Source: Candidatus Saccharimonadota bacterium (GTDB lineage: Bacteria > Pseudomonadota > Gammaproteobacteria > Enterobacterales > Enterobacteriaceae). From it: 32,000 nucleotides of DNA. Shown piece by piece: positions 10,591 to 20,051 of the stretch. The DNA lies in contig NZ_OZ060402.1 in assembly GCF_964059045.1 (NCBI RefSeq), positions 330,001-362,000 of the forward strand. Direction: 5' to 3'. The first letter of the stretch is position 1, and the number at the start of each line of letters is the position of its first letter. Both the position numbers and the translations under genes were made by a program. The notes under the pieces were generated by a model, which was not told the DNA's origin, made no database searches, and worked only from the letters and a program-made list of their open reading frames with translations.

Positions 10591-10842
10591 TTATTCAGGT
10601 ATTGTAATATTCAATTCCAATATAGAAATATTTTTCTTGTTATATTCTAAATTAATTTGAATCATATTTGGATTTACATTAACATATTTTGATAAAATTA
10701 ACAAAATTTCATTTTTTAAAGTTGGAAAATAATCAGGTTCTTGATTATTTTTTCTATGTTCTGCAATAATAATTTGCAATCTTTGTTTTGCAATATTAGC
10801 TGTCTGCTTTTTATTATATAAAAAAAAATCTAACAATGCCAT
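10591..10842 (-). CDS. minE: Cell division topological specificity factor MinE
   Basis: MALLDFFLYNKKQTANIAKQRLQIIIAEHR matches E. coli MinE from residue 1. The track ORF is 5 codons longer. The ATG at 10842 has GGAGA 8 nt upstream and does not overlap the minD stop (10848-10850). Confidence 0.93.
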   Translation of the reverse strand: MALLDFFLYNKKQTANIAKQRLQIIIAEHRKNNQEPDYFPTLKNEILLILSKYVNVNPNMIQINLEYNKKNISILELNITIPE

Positions 10843-10847
10843 ATATG

Positions 10848-11660
10848 TTATCTCCAAAATAATCGTTTAAAAAAACTTTTTTTTTCTTCCTTCAGGAACC
10901 GAAATGGACAAGTATTACCAAGTAAACGATTAACTGAATCTAAATAAGCTTTTCCAGCATTAGAATGATGATCTAATATAATAGATTTTCCTTGATTAGA
11001 AGACTTTAAAACACAAATATCTTCAGGGATAACTCCTATTAATGGTATTCTAAGAATATCTAATACATCTTCTACACTTAGCATATCTCCTTGGTTAACT
11101 CTTTTTGGATCATAACGAGTTAGCAACAAATATTCTTTTATCGGTTCTTCTTTTTTTTCTGATCTTTGTGATTGAGAAGATAAAATACCCAACATTCTAT
11201 CTGAATCTCTAACAGAAGAAACTTCTGGATTGGTTATAACTACTGCTTCATCAGCAAAATAAATAGATAACATTGCCCCATTTTCAATACCAGCAGGAGA
11301 ATCACAAATAATATATTCAAATTTCATATTAATTAATTCTTGAAAAATTTTTTTTACACCATCTTTTGTCAGATATTCTTTATTTCTAGTTTGAGAAGCA
11401 GGTAATATAAATAAATTTTTAGTAATTTTATCTTTAATTAAAGCTTGATTCAAAAGAGCATCTCCTTGAATAACATTAATTAAATCATATACTACTCTCC
11501 GTTCACAACCCATAATTAAATCTAAATTTCTTAATCCTATATCAAAATCAATAACAATAGTTTTTTTCCCTTTTAAAGCAAAACCAGTTGCTAAAGCTGC
11601 ACTAGAAGTTGTTTTTCCTACACCTCCCTTCCCTGATGTCACTACAATAATACGTGTCAT
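10848..11660 (-). CDS. minD: Septum site-determining ATPase MinD
   Basis: The 270-aa ORF has the deviant Walker A GKGGVGKTT and is highly similar to E. coli MinD along its whole length, including the C-terminal amphipathic helix (KKSFFKRLF). Confidence 0.97.
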   Translation of the reverse strand: MTRIIVVTSGKGGVGKTTSSAALATGFALKGKKTIVIDFDIGLRNLDLIMGCERRVVYDLINVIQGDALLNQALIKDKITKNLFILPASQTRNKEYLTKDGVKKIFQELINMKFEYIICDSPAGIENGAMLSIYFADEAVVITNPEVSSVRDSDRMLGILSSQSQRSEKKEEPIKEYLLLTRYDPKRVNQGDMLSVEDVLDILRIPLIGVIPEDICVLKSSNQGKSIILDHHSNAGKAYLDSVNRLLGNTCPFRFLKEEKKSFFKRLFWR

Positions 11661-11684
11661 ATAAATATCCTATCTAATTATGAT

Positions 11685-12389
11685 TCAATCAATTAATTTA
11701 ATTTTTAATAATCCATTTTTTAAAAAAATTATTACTGTTTTTCCAATATAATTTAATGGAATATGATCTATTAACCAATATTCACCAGAAATAGAAATTA
11801 ACTCTGCAAAAAAATTAGTACAAAAAATTTGTCTACTTGTATCCCCTTTAGCTCCAACTAATACTCTACCTCTCATAATACCATAAATGTGTACATTTCC
11901 ATCTGCAATTAACTCAGCACCGGAACTGACATGACTAGTAATAATTAAGTCTCTATTTTGTGCATATATTTTTTGTCCTGAACGAATAGGTGTGTTAATT
12001 ATTAATGTTTTTTTTGTTCTTTTTTCTTGATCATTTGCATTGTTATTAACAGATTTGATATATTTTTTTTTAAAAAAATAATTATTATAATTAGATAGAA
12101 TAGGTAATCCTGAATTAATAATCATTTTTTTTAATTTTTCGTCATGACATTCCATGACACCTATAATATATATTCCTGTAGACAATATTGCTTTTTTCAT
12201 TTCAATCCAATTTACCTGATTAGATAACGAAGATACATTTAATACAATAGGTAAATTAATGAATTTATAGGGTAATTGATTGATTTTAATTTGTATCGCT
12301 GTTTTTACTAGATTGACATTATAACTGAATAAATAAAGAATTAAAAAAGTAAAACAACTACTATTTAATTTTATAGGAGCAGATTGCAT
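11685..12389 (-). CDS. minC: Septum site-determining protein MinC
   Basis: The C-terminal domain RSGQKIYAQNRDLIITSHVSSGAELIADGNVHIYGIMRGRVLVGAKGD is collinear with E. coli MinC. The start is set at MQSAPIKLNSSCFTF (12389) to match the orthologue. The track ORF is 13 codons longer. Confidence 0.9.
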   Translation of the reverse strand: MQSAPIKLNSSCFTFLILYLFSYNVNLVKTAIQIKINQLPYKFINLPIVLNVSSLSNQVNWIEMKKAILSTGIYIIGVMECHDEKLKKMIINSGLPILSNYNNYFFKKKYIKSVNNNANDQEKRTKKTLIINTPIRSGQKIYAQNRDLIITSHVSSGAELIADGNVHIYGIMRGRVLVGAKGDTSRQIFCTNFFAELISISGEYWLIDHIPLNYIGKTVIIFLKNGLLKIKLID

Positions 12390-12723
12390 ATTTATTAACT
12401 CTATTAAATATTTTTTTATATTATACAAATTGACAAAATATATATATGAAAATATTATTATTATATAAAATCAATATATATATAATATATCAATATAATA
12501 ATCAACAATATTTAATTAATTATTAATAATTTCGAATATATATAAAAAAAATAAAAATATTCTATAAAAACTTTTTAGGATAAACATTTGATATGAATTT
12601 TATTAAAATATATGTATAAATATTTTATTTTTATACAATAATAATTATATTGTGTGAATCATTAAATTTTAAATTAATATTTTTAGAAAAACATTAATAT
12701 TCAATATTATTTTTTAATAAATA

Positions 12724-12755
<32 letters not shown>

Positions 12756-13033
12756 AAGATAATTTGTCTCAATAAAAATAATACCAAAGTAATATTATAC
12801 CATTTTTTGACAGAAAACAATTTATAAATCAATTTTTAATATTCAATATAATATATTATATATAGTAATTATTTTCACAAGAATATTTTAATAATTAATA
12901 TATAAACTTGTAACATGCAATATTAAAATTAAAAATCATCAATCATAATTATTTTTATATATCAATAAAAAATATTTTCTATATTAATTTAATTTTATTT
13001 TTATTAACTTTTTATTCACATATAAAAAATCTA

Positions 13034-14050
13034 ATGATGCATAAATTGAACAACGAAAGTCAATTATTAAATAAACATAAACACTTTTTAAAAAATAAAA
13101 ATATAATTTTTTATGGCGATATAAAAGATTGTTTTCCAATACTCTTTTCTAGTCAAAATACTAAAATATATACTACAAAATATAATATATGGACATTATT
13201 AACTAAGACTAACAAAAATATTTTTTTTAATTTTAAAATTCAAAAACAACATTGTATTAATACTAATTTAATTATTTATTATTGGCCAAAAAATAAAAAA
13301 GAAGCCAAATTTCAATTAAAATATTTATTTTCATGTCAATTTTTAAATTGTCAATTATTAGTAGTAGGAAAAAATAATAGTGGAGTTCGTAGCGTTCAAA
13401 ATATTTTAAAAAAAATGGTCAAAATAGAAAAATTAGATAGTGCAAAACATTGTTCTTTGTTTTTAGGTAATATACAAAAAAAAAATACAATAAATCTAGA
13501 AAAAATATTTAGTACACATATTTTAAATAATATAGTAATAAAAACATTACCAGGAGTTTTTGGTCATTCAGGATTTGACTCAGGAACTTTGTTTCTCGCT
13601 TCGACATTTACAAAAAAAACTACAGGAAAGGTATTAGATATTGGTTGTGGAAGTGGTATTTTGTCTATTTTGTTACACCAAAAATCAGAAAAAGTCAATT
13701 TAACTTTAATCGATATTGATTTATTAGCTATAAAATCAAGCAAAAAAAATTTTGAAATAAATAATATTAAAGGCAAAATATTAGCTAGTGATTTATTTTC
13801 AAATATTCACATTCATGAAAAATTTGATTTAATAATTTCTAATCCACCTATACATGAAGGAATAAAATTCACAAAAAAAATAATTAAAAAAATTATTTTA
13901 GAATCTTGTAAATATTTAAAACCTAAAGGAGAACTAAGATTTGTAACTCAATCATCTTTATTATTTTTTGAAATTCTTAAAAAACAATTCTCAATAATAA
14001 AAATATTAAAAAAAAATAATTCTTTTATAATATATCAAGCTTGGATTTAA
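13034..14050 (+). CDS. rsmC: 16S rRNA (guanine1207-N2)-methyltransferase RsmC
   Basis: The 338-aa ORF contains IIYYWPKNKKEAKFQL, VVGKNNSGVRS, KTLPGVFGHSGFD, the SAM motif VLDIGCGSGILS and the catalytic NPPIH. It is collinear with E. coli RsmC. A second in-frame ATG at 13037 is equally possible. Confidence 0.85.
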   Translation: MMHKLNNESQLLNKHKHFLKNKNIIFYGDIKDCFPILFSSQNTKIYTTKYNIWTLLTKTNKNIFFNFKIQKQHCINTNLIIYYWPKNKKEAKFQLKYLFSCQFLNCQLLVVGKNNSGVRSVQNILKKMVKIEKLDSAKHCSLFLGNIQKKNTINLEKIFSTHILNNIVIKTLPGVFGHSGFDSGTLFLASTFTKKTTGKVLDIGCGSGILSILLHQKSEKVNLTLIDIDLLAIKSSKKNFEINNIKGKILASDLFSNIHIHEKFDLIISNPPIHEGIKFTKKIIKKIILESCKYLKPKGELRFVTQSSLLFFEILKKQFSIIKILKKNNSFIIYQAWI

Positions 14051-14085
14051 ATATTGTTTTTATTATTTAAAAATATTTTTTAAAA

Positions 14086-14169
14086 TACCCGGAGCGGGAC
14101 TTGAACCCGCAAAGCTGTACAGCCGAGGGATTTTAAATCCCTTGTGTTTACCAATTTCACCACCCGGGC
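14086..14169 (-). tRNA. leuZ: tRNA-Leu (anticodon UAA), class II long variable arm, no encoded CCA
   Basis: The reverse complement is GCCCGGGTGGTGAAATTGGTAAACACAAGGGATTTAAAATCCCTCGGCTGTACAGCTTTGCGGGTTCAAGTCCCGCTCCGGGTA. It is near-identical to E. coli leuZ, with anticodon loop TTTAAAA and a GGTTCAAGTCC T-arm. Confidence 0.92.
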
Positions 14170-14186
14170 TTAAATAATTATTTTTA

Positions 14187-14257
14187 AGGCGCATTCCGGA
14201 ATTGAACCGAACTAAACGGATTTGCAATCCGTCGCATAACCAATCTGCCAATGCGCC
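14187..14257 (-). tRNA. cysT: tRNA-Cys (anticodon GCA), no encoded CCA
   Basis: The reverse complement is GGCGCATTGGCAGATTGGTTATGCGACGGATTGCAAATCCGTTTAGTTCGGTTCAATTCCGGAATGCGCCT. It folds as a cloverleaf with anticodon loop TTGCAAA. The cysT-leuZ order is the same as in E. coli. Confidence 0.92.
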
Positions 14258-14588
14258 CAATATCTTCTATATTAAACTAAAACTAGAACATTTATCAAGA
14301 TATTATATGATATTTTTTTTTTTTTTTAATATTATTAAAATTATTCATTTTAATGGTTTTTATGTATTATTTTATTAAAAATATGAATTATATATTTAAT
14401 AAATGACAAAAAATAATAAAATATAAAAATTTTCATGTGAAGTAATTTAAAAAATAAAATATTTATATGAAAAAATAAAATATAATATAATTTTAAAATC
14501 TAAATATTTATCAAAATTCAAAACTAAATCAAATCAAAATGTATTACAATTACTATTGTAATTCCATTGTTTTAAAAATAGTATTTAT

Positions 14589-14673
14589 GGAGGGATGGCC
14601 GAGAGGCTTAAGGCAGCGGTCTTGAAAACCGCCGATGAGCAATCATCCGAGAGTTCGAATCTCTCTCCCTCCA
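14589..14673 (+). tRNA. serT: tRNA-Ser (anticodon UGA), class II, no encoded CCA
   Basis: The sequence is GGAGGGATGGCCGAGAGGCTTAAGGCAGCGGTCTTGAAAACCGCCGATGAGCAATCATCCGAGAGTTCGAATCTCTCTCCCTCCA. The acceptor, anticodon (CTTGAAA), variable (gatga/tcatc) and T (gagag/ctctc) stems all pair. It is similar to E. coli serT. Confidence 0.92.
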
Positions 14674-14738
14674 AAAATTAATTAAATAATAAAATATAAT
14701 ATTATTATATATTTTAAATTTTATAATAATCTATATTA

Positions 14739-15824
14739 TTATTTACCATGAACGTTAATTTCAACTCTACGATCTGGAGCTAAACAACTCATTAATAAGG
14801 GTTTTTGCTGAATATTTTTACAAAATTGATTTACTAATGATTTTTCTTCCAATTCTTTTTCATTAATATATTTTTTTAAAACACCTCTTTTGGTTAAATA
14901 TTTTATAACAGATTTGATACGATCACGAGATAAATTTTTGTTGATATCTTTATTTCCATATTGATCAATATATCCTGTAATATTGTATTTTACACTGGAA
15001 AAATTCATTTTTTTAATTTTTGAATTCAATTTTTCTAATGCCATTTTAGATGATGAATTTAATTGAGCGCTTCCAAAAGGAAATAAAATTGTTTCTTTTA
15101 TATTTTTTAATGGATGCATAATAAAAGAATTTTTGAATTCATTATTATAATCATTTATATTTTTAAATTTAAAAATTAAACTCATACTTAATAATCCATT
15201 TTTAAATAATCTATTATGCAATAATCCATTTTTGAATAATTCATTATGCAATAATCCATCTTTAAATTTTATTAAATCGTTATATTTGAGATTTAATAAA
15301 TCTTTTTTCCATGAATAATCCAATTGATATGAAATATTATTTATGATTTCTTTTTTAATACCAATAGAAAAAATTGGCATAATTTTTATTTTATTATGAA
15401 GAATTTTCCCAAATAAATTTTTATTGATATTGATATTAGAATTAATTTCACTACCTATACGATTATAAATTGAAAACCTACTACTAATTGGATAAGAAAA
15501 TTTAATTCCTGAACTTAAATTGATAGTATTTAATTTAATTTGATTGATATTTTGATTATAATTTTTATAACCAATGCTATCATAACAAAACTCAAAGCTT
15601 AAATATGGATTTTGTTCATAACCTAAAATAAAAGATATTGGAATTTTATTTATAAATTTATTTATATTATGTTTTTTTTTTAATAATTCAGGATGAACAG
15701 AAAAATTAAAATCATATAAATTTAATTTAGATCCTAAATATAATGCTGATTCGTTATTTTCATGTGCTTCTACAGTAAAAGAAAAAAATAACAAAAATAT
15801 AATACAAAAGACTGAATATTTCAT
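14739..15824 (-). CDS. ompA: Outer membrane protein A (OmpA-like porin with C-terminal peptidoglycan-binding domain)
   Basis: The 361-aa ORF has a signal peptide (MKYSVFCIIFLLFFSFTVEA) followed by YLGSKL as in OmpA. The C-terminal OmpA_C motifs are present (FPFGSAQL, ITGYIDQYGN, LSRDRIKSV, LAPDRRVEI). Confidence 0.85.
   Translation of the reverse strand: MKYSVFCIIFLLFFSFTVEAHENNESALYLGSKLNLYDFNFSVHPELLKKKHNINKFINKIPISFILGYEQNPYLSFEFCYDSIGYKNYNQNINQIKLNTINLSSGIKFSYPISSRFSIYNRIGSEINSNININKNLFGKILHNKIKIMPIFSIGIKKEIINNISYQLDYSWKKDLLNLKYNDLIKFKDGLLHNELFKNGLLHNRLFKNGLLSMSLIFKFKNINDYNNEFKNSFIMHPLKNIKETILFPFGSAQLNSSSKMALEKLNSKIKKMNFSSVKYNITGYIDQYGNKDINKNLSRDRIKSVIKYLTKRGVLKKYINEKELEEKSLVNQFCKNIQQKPLLMSCLAPDRRVEINVHGK
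15188..15267 (-). repeat. 30-bp in-frame tandem repeat (about 2.6 copies) inside ompA
   Basis: The plus-strand units are ataatccatttttaaataatctattatgca (15191-15220), ataatccatttttgaataattcattatgca (15221-15250) and ataatccatctttaaa (partial). They encode DGLLHNELFK / NGLLHNRLFK / NGLL between the barrel and C-terminal domains. Confidence 0.85.
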
Positions 15825-16775
15825 ATTACCTCTACCCTAAATTATGGTCGAAATAAAAGATTATTAAAAAATTACATTTATAGATTTTTTACTAAAAAAA
15901 GCAAAATATATAAAATATGTTATCTGTATAATAAATATTATGTTAATTATTAATATTTTATTTTATTAAAATAAAATTTTTATTTTTTTAACTAATCAAA
16001 CAGATTTAATTAAAAAAATTCAATAAAAGATATTTATGATATGAAGAAGATTTATATTTATATAAAATCATTAACATAAAATATACTATGTATAAAAATA
16101 TAATATATATTTTTTAAAAAATAATAATAGAACATAAAATATTTTCTATAAAAATTAATTATATATTTAAAAAATTTAAAATAAAAATTTATAGATAAAT
16201 ATTTTTATTATATATTGAAATATATATTAAAAAATTTTCAATTTTTGAAATAATATTTTTAAAAACATATAACAATATATATAAAAAATATATGAATTGA
16301 ATGTATTTTTCAATCATAATTGAATATATTAAAAAAATAATTATATATTGAAATTAAATTCATTATTCTTCAAAATCAGTGAAAACAAAATTATTTCTTT
16401 TTATTTAAATAAAAATAAAAATTTTTATTAAATCAAATATTAATACATTTCAACAATATTATTGATATAATATTTTTAAGATCAATACATATTCAAACAA
16501 TTAAGAAAATATTTTTTAAAATGGTTATTTAAGATAATATAGATTCATAATCAGTTATAGATGCATAATTAAAGAAAATAATTGCATTATATAATTATAT
16601 TGTGACATTCAAAATGTTACAAAATCATAAAATTAATTTAGATACACATTTATTTAAAAAATTATCCTGAATGATATATTTTAAAAAAATTCTTGTTTTA
16701 TTATTTTTTGATCTTTATCAAAAATAAAATATTTATTAAATATAGTTTTAAAAAAATATTTATACTTGAATAAAT

Positions 16776-17468
16776 TCAATTTGATATTATAATTTTCCCA
16801 TTAGCATTCACTACTCCTGCAATGATTTTCCCATTATCTAAAGCAATATTTATTTTATCATTATAAAAAGCATTGCTTAAAGCTTTTCCTTCTGACATTA
16901 TTGTAAAACCACAACCTTTAATTAATATAGCTACACGTTGATAAATCTTTACTAACCAAGGTTTATGAAACATAGAAAATACAATTGGTTCATTTTTTTG
17001 AATATTACGGGAAGTTACATTATTTATTATTTCATTTATATTTAAACATATATTTGAAGATAAGGTATCTAATCTTCCTGTCACAATTGTTAGATCATCT
17101 AAAGAAATATTTTTACCAAATATAAGATATTGTTTTGCTATAAAATATTTTCCATACATTTGAAGATCAAATTGAATTGATTGACGATGTTTGTTACAAG
17201 TAATAATAGCATTAATTCTACCCCACATCGGTGAATGAGGAGATAAAATAATCTTTGGATGATCACACGTTATTTTTATATCTTGTATGTTTTTTATAAT
17301 TATTTTAAAATTATCAGAATGGACAGGATCTCTTTTTTTTAATAAAGAAAGTAATTTTTGATGAATCAATTTAGAAGTATCAAAATGTTTAACACAAGTT
17401 TCATGTCCTATTACTTGTGATATATTGCAAGATACAAGAAATACAATAAAGTATATTATAAAACGCAT
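16776..17468 (-). CDS. flgA: Flagellar basal-body P-ring formation chaperone FlgA
   Basis: The 230-aa ORF has a signal peptide. Its C-terminal region GFTIMSEGKALSNAFYNDKINIALDNGKIIAGVVNANGKIIISN is collinear with E. coli FlgA (GFSANAEGQALNNAAVAQNARVRMVSGQVVSGVVDADGNILINL). It is divergent from flgB, as in enterics. Confidence 0.85.
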   Translation of the reverse strand: MRFIIYFIVFLVSCNISQVIGHETCVKHFDTSKLIHQKLLSLLKKRDPVHSDNFKIIIKNIQDIKITCDHPKIILSPHSPMWGRINAIITCNKHRQSIQFDLQMYGKYFIAKQYLIFGKNISLDDLTIVTGRLDTLSSNICLNINEIINNVTSRNIQKNEPIVFSMFHKPWLVKIYQRVAILIKGCGFTIMSEGKALSNAFYNDKINIALDNGKIIAGVVNANGKIIISN

Positions 17469-17738
17469 AAAGTTTTTCCTTAATTAAATTATAATTATTT
17501 ACTATATTTAAAAGTAGATAAATTAAACATACATATTTTAAATATTGAGGCATAATTAATAATTATAAAATCTATCTCTTGATAGAATTTATAAAATTGA
17601 ATTAGAATAAATAAAAATATACGTTTTATGTTGTATTTTTGAAAATTTACATTGAAATAATTTAATTATAGTTGAATATTAATATAATTTAAATTATATT
17701 ATATCTTCAAAAAAAATTTTTATTGATACAGAGGTGTT

Positions 17739-18149
17739 ATGTTTAATAAAATACAAAGTGCATTTCAATTTAATAATACCGCTTTAGATTTAATTACCTA
17801 TCGACAAGAAATATTAGCATCCAATATAGCTAATTCCGAAACTCCAAATTATAAATCTAAAGATATAAATTTTACGATGGAATTAAAAAAAGCAACGAAT
17901 GAAAAAATAAATACTCCATCTCTTAAATTATATCAAACATCTGCACATCATATTAGTCATAAATATAATCATACATTACAAAATGTAAAAATAATTAACA
18001 ATAATATAAAAAATAAAACATTTAACAATAATTCTGTTAATATGAATGTTGAAAGAGTAAAATTTTTAGAAAACACGATGGCATATCAAACAATATTAAC
18101 ACTTTTAAATCATCAAATAAAAAACATGTTTAATGTAATACAAGGATAA
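17739..18149 (+). CDS. flgB: Flagellar basal-body rod protein FlgB
   Basis: The 136-aa ORF contains RQEILASNIANSETPNYKSKDI and a C-terminus of NMFNVIQG, collinear with E. coli FlgB. Confidence 0.9.
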   Translation: MFNKIQSAFQFNNTALDLITYRQEILASNIANSETPNYKSKDINFTMELKKATNEKINTPSLKLYQTSAHHISHKYNHTLQNVKIINNNIKNKTFNNNSVNMNVERVKFLENTMAYQTILTLLNHQIKNMFNVIQG

Positions 18150-18154
18150 TATTT

Positions 18155-18565
18155 ATGACATTATTTAATATTTTTAATATTTCAGGTTCAGGTATGAATG
18201 TTCAATCAAAAAGAATCAACCTAAATGCTACAAACATAGCTAATATTGACACATATACCATTAAAAATAAAATACCATATCCATATGTTGCGAAACAATT
18301 TTCACTGAAATTTGATAATAAAAAAAATGCTTTTATTGGAGGTGTTAAAATAGATAAGATACTATCTGATCCAACACCATTAAAGGTAATATATAATCCT
18401 AATAGCCCTATGTCAGATAAAAATGGTTATACTAAAATATCTAATGTTAATGTTATATCTGAAGTAATTGATAGTATTGCCTCAGCACGTAATTATCAAG
18501 CTAATATTGAAGTGATCAATACTGTAAAACAATTACTTATAAAAACATTATCAATAGGACAATAG
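18155..18565 (+). CDS. flgC: Flagellar basal-body rod protein FlgC
   Basis: The 136-aa ORF has an N-terminal FNISGSGM and a C-terminal SARNYQANIEVINTVKQLLIKTLSIGQ, which matches E. coli FlgC ([27 protein letters not shown]). Confidence 0.92.
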   Translation: MTLFNIFNISGSGMNVQSKRINLNATNIANIDTYTIKNKIPYPYVAKQFSLKFDNKKNAFIGGVKIDKILSDPTPLKVIYNPNSPMSDKNGYTKISNVNVISEVIDSIASARNYQANIEVINTVKQLLIKTLSIGQ

Positions 18566-18814
18566 TTCAAAAATGTGAATCAATTGTTTAGGTTATTTAG
18601 GTCAATAATTGATTCTCAAAAATAAAATTATACAATATTTATCAAAAAATAATATTGTTAATATAAAATGGTAAATTTAAAATTTATATAAATAATAATG
18701 AATTATTAATTATACCAAAAAACATTTATATAATTTATATTTGCTATATCTTAATTAAATTAATTTTGCATAAATATTTTTATATTAAATAAATATTTTA
18801 TCAGGATATTATAA

Positions 18815-20023
18815 ATGAATTATTCCGAATCTATTAACGGATTACAGATGACATTAGATCAAATTAAAACTATTAGTAACAATATCGCTAACTCCGCTAC
18901 CAATGGTTTTAAATCTAATAAAATATATTCAAAAGATATCATAACTGAAACTGATCAAAATAATAATGAAAAACATGGATTAGGAGCTATTCAATCTCGA
19001 ATTCATTCAAATTATTTACCAGGAGATATAAAAAAAACTGGAAAAAATTTAGATTTTTTTATTAATCAAGATGGTTTTTTTCGTTTAGAAGATATTGATG
19101 GTTCAATTTATTATACAAGAAATGGAGAATTTTATATTGACAATAAAAATAATTTAGTTAATATGAATGGAATGTATTTAACAGGGTATTTAACAATAGA
19201 TGAAAAATTTAAAAAAGAACCAGAAATAATTAATTTAAATAAATTTTCAATAATGCCTGCTAAACAAACTACATCAGTCAATGTATCTGCATCACTTAAT
19301 AAATCAGAACCAATTATAAAACAAAATCTTCAAATTAACAAATCAAACACTTATAATCATAAAAATGATATGATCATATTCGATAATAAATCTCAAATGC
19401 ATATAATAAGGTTATATTGGAAAAAAATATTTCCGACCGCATGGGATGTCTATTTTTTTGATGAAACAGTAAAAAATAAACAAATAGCAAAATGTACTGT
19501 TGAATATAACACAGATATTACTTCAATTGCAAGTAATAATTTTGTTGGTAAAATATTAGAATATAATGGATCAAAAGAATCTAATTTTGAAATTAAATTT
19601 GATAATTTTACCCAAAATAATAAAGCAAGTGAATTTGATTTAACGCAACAAAATGGATGTCGCTCTGGTGCATTATATTCATATACTGTTTTAGAAAATG
19701 GTAATATAATAGGCAAATATTCTAATCAAAAAAATAATATAGTTGGTAAAATTTCTATAAATAAATTTGCTAATTTAGATGCATTAATTAAAACAAAAGA
19801 TAATTTATGGAAAATTGATAAGAATTTTTATTCTAATAATTCTAATATTACAGAAGAAAATGATTTACACAGTTTAACTATAGGTGCTTTAGAAACTTCT
19901 AATGTTAATATAAATAATGAATTAATTGATCTCATTTCAGCACAAAAAAACTATCAAGCAATCATACAATCAATTAAAATAAAAGATAAAATGATTGGAA
20001 CATTGATCAATAATTTAAGCTAA
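18815..20023 (+). CDS. flgE: Flagellar hook protein FlgE
   Basis: The 402-aa ORF is the same length as E. coli FlgE. Matches include NNIANSATNGFKS, QDGFFRLEDIDGSIYYTRNGEF, NLVNMNGMYLTGY, GALETSNVNINNELIDLISAQKNYQA and a C-terminal LINNL. Confidence 0.88.
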   Translation: MNYSESINGLQMTLDQIKTISNNIANSATNGFKSNKIYSKDIITETDQNNNEKHGLGAIQSRIHSNYLPGDIKKTGKNLDFFINQDGFFRLEDIDGSIYYTRNGEFYIDNKNNLVNMNGMYLTGYLTIDEKFKKEPEIINLNKFSIMPAKQTTSVNVSASLNKSEPIIKQNLQINKSNTYNHKNDMIIFDNKSQMHIIRLYWKKIFPTAWDVYFFDETVKNKQIAKCTVEYNTDITSIASNNFVGKILEYNGSKESNFEIKFDNFTQNNKASEFDLTQQNGCRSGALYSYTVLENGNIIGKYSNQKNNIVGKISINKFANLDALIKTKDNLWKIDKNFYSNNSNITEENDLHSLTIGALETSNVNINNELIDLISAQKNYQAIIQSIKIKDKMIGTLINNLS

Positions 20024-20051
20024 ACAATTAATTTTTGAGGATCATATAATA

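Noticed and set aside
13564-13776. 70-aa ORF antisense to rsmC
   Set aside because: It is a shadow ORF across the rsmC SAM-binding region, with no independent support.
14063-14260. 65-aa ORF on the - strand
   Set aside because: It spans exactly the tRNA-Leu and tRNA-Cys genes. The open frame is a by-product of the GC-rich tRNA sequence.
18612-18629. The 18-mer attctcaaaaataaaatt is repeated downstream of flgC (18612-18629) and downstream of flgK (26025-26042)
   Set aside because: With a per-base match probability of about 0.35 and about 1e9 position pairs in a 32-kb window on both strands, several exact 18-mer repeats are expected by chance. There is no extended similarity around either copy.
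19450-19716. 88-aa ORF antisense to flgE
   Set aside because: It is a shadow ORF inside flgE, with no homology or start signals.
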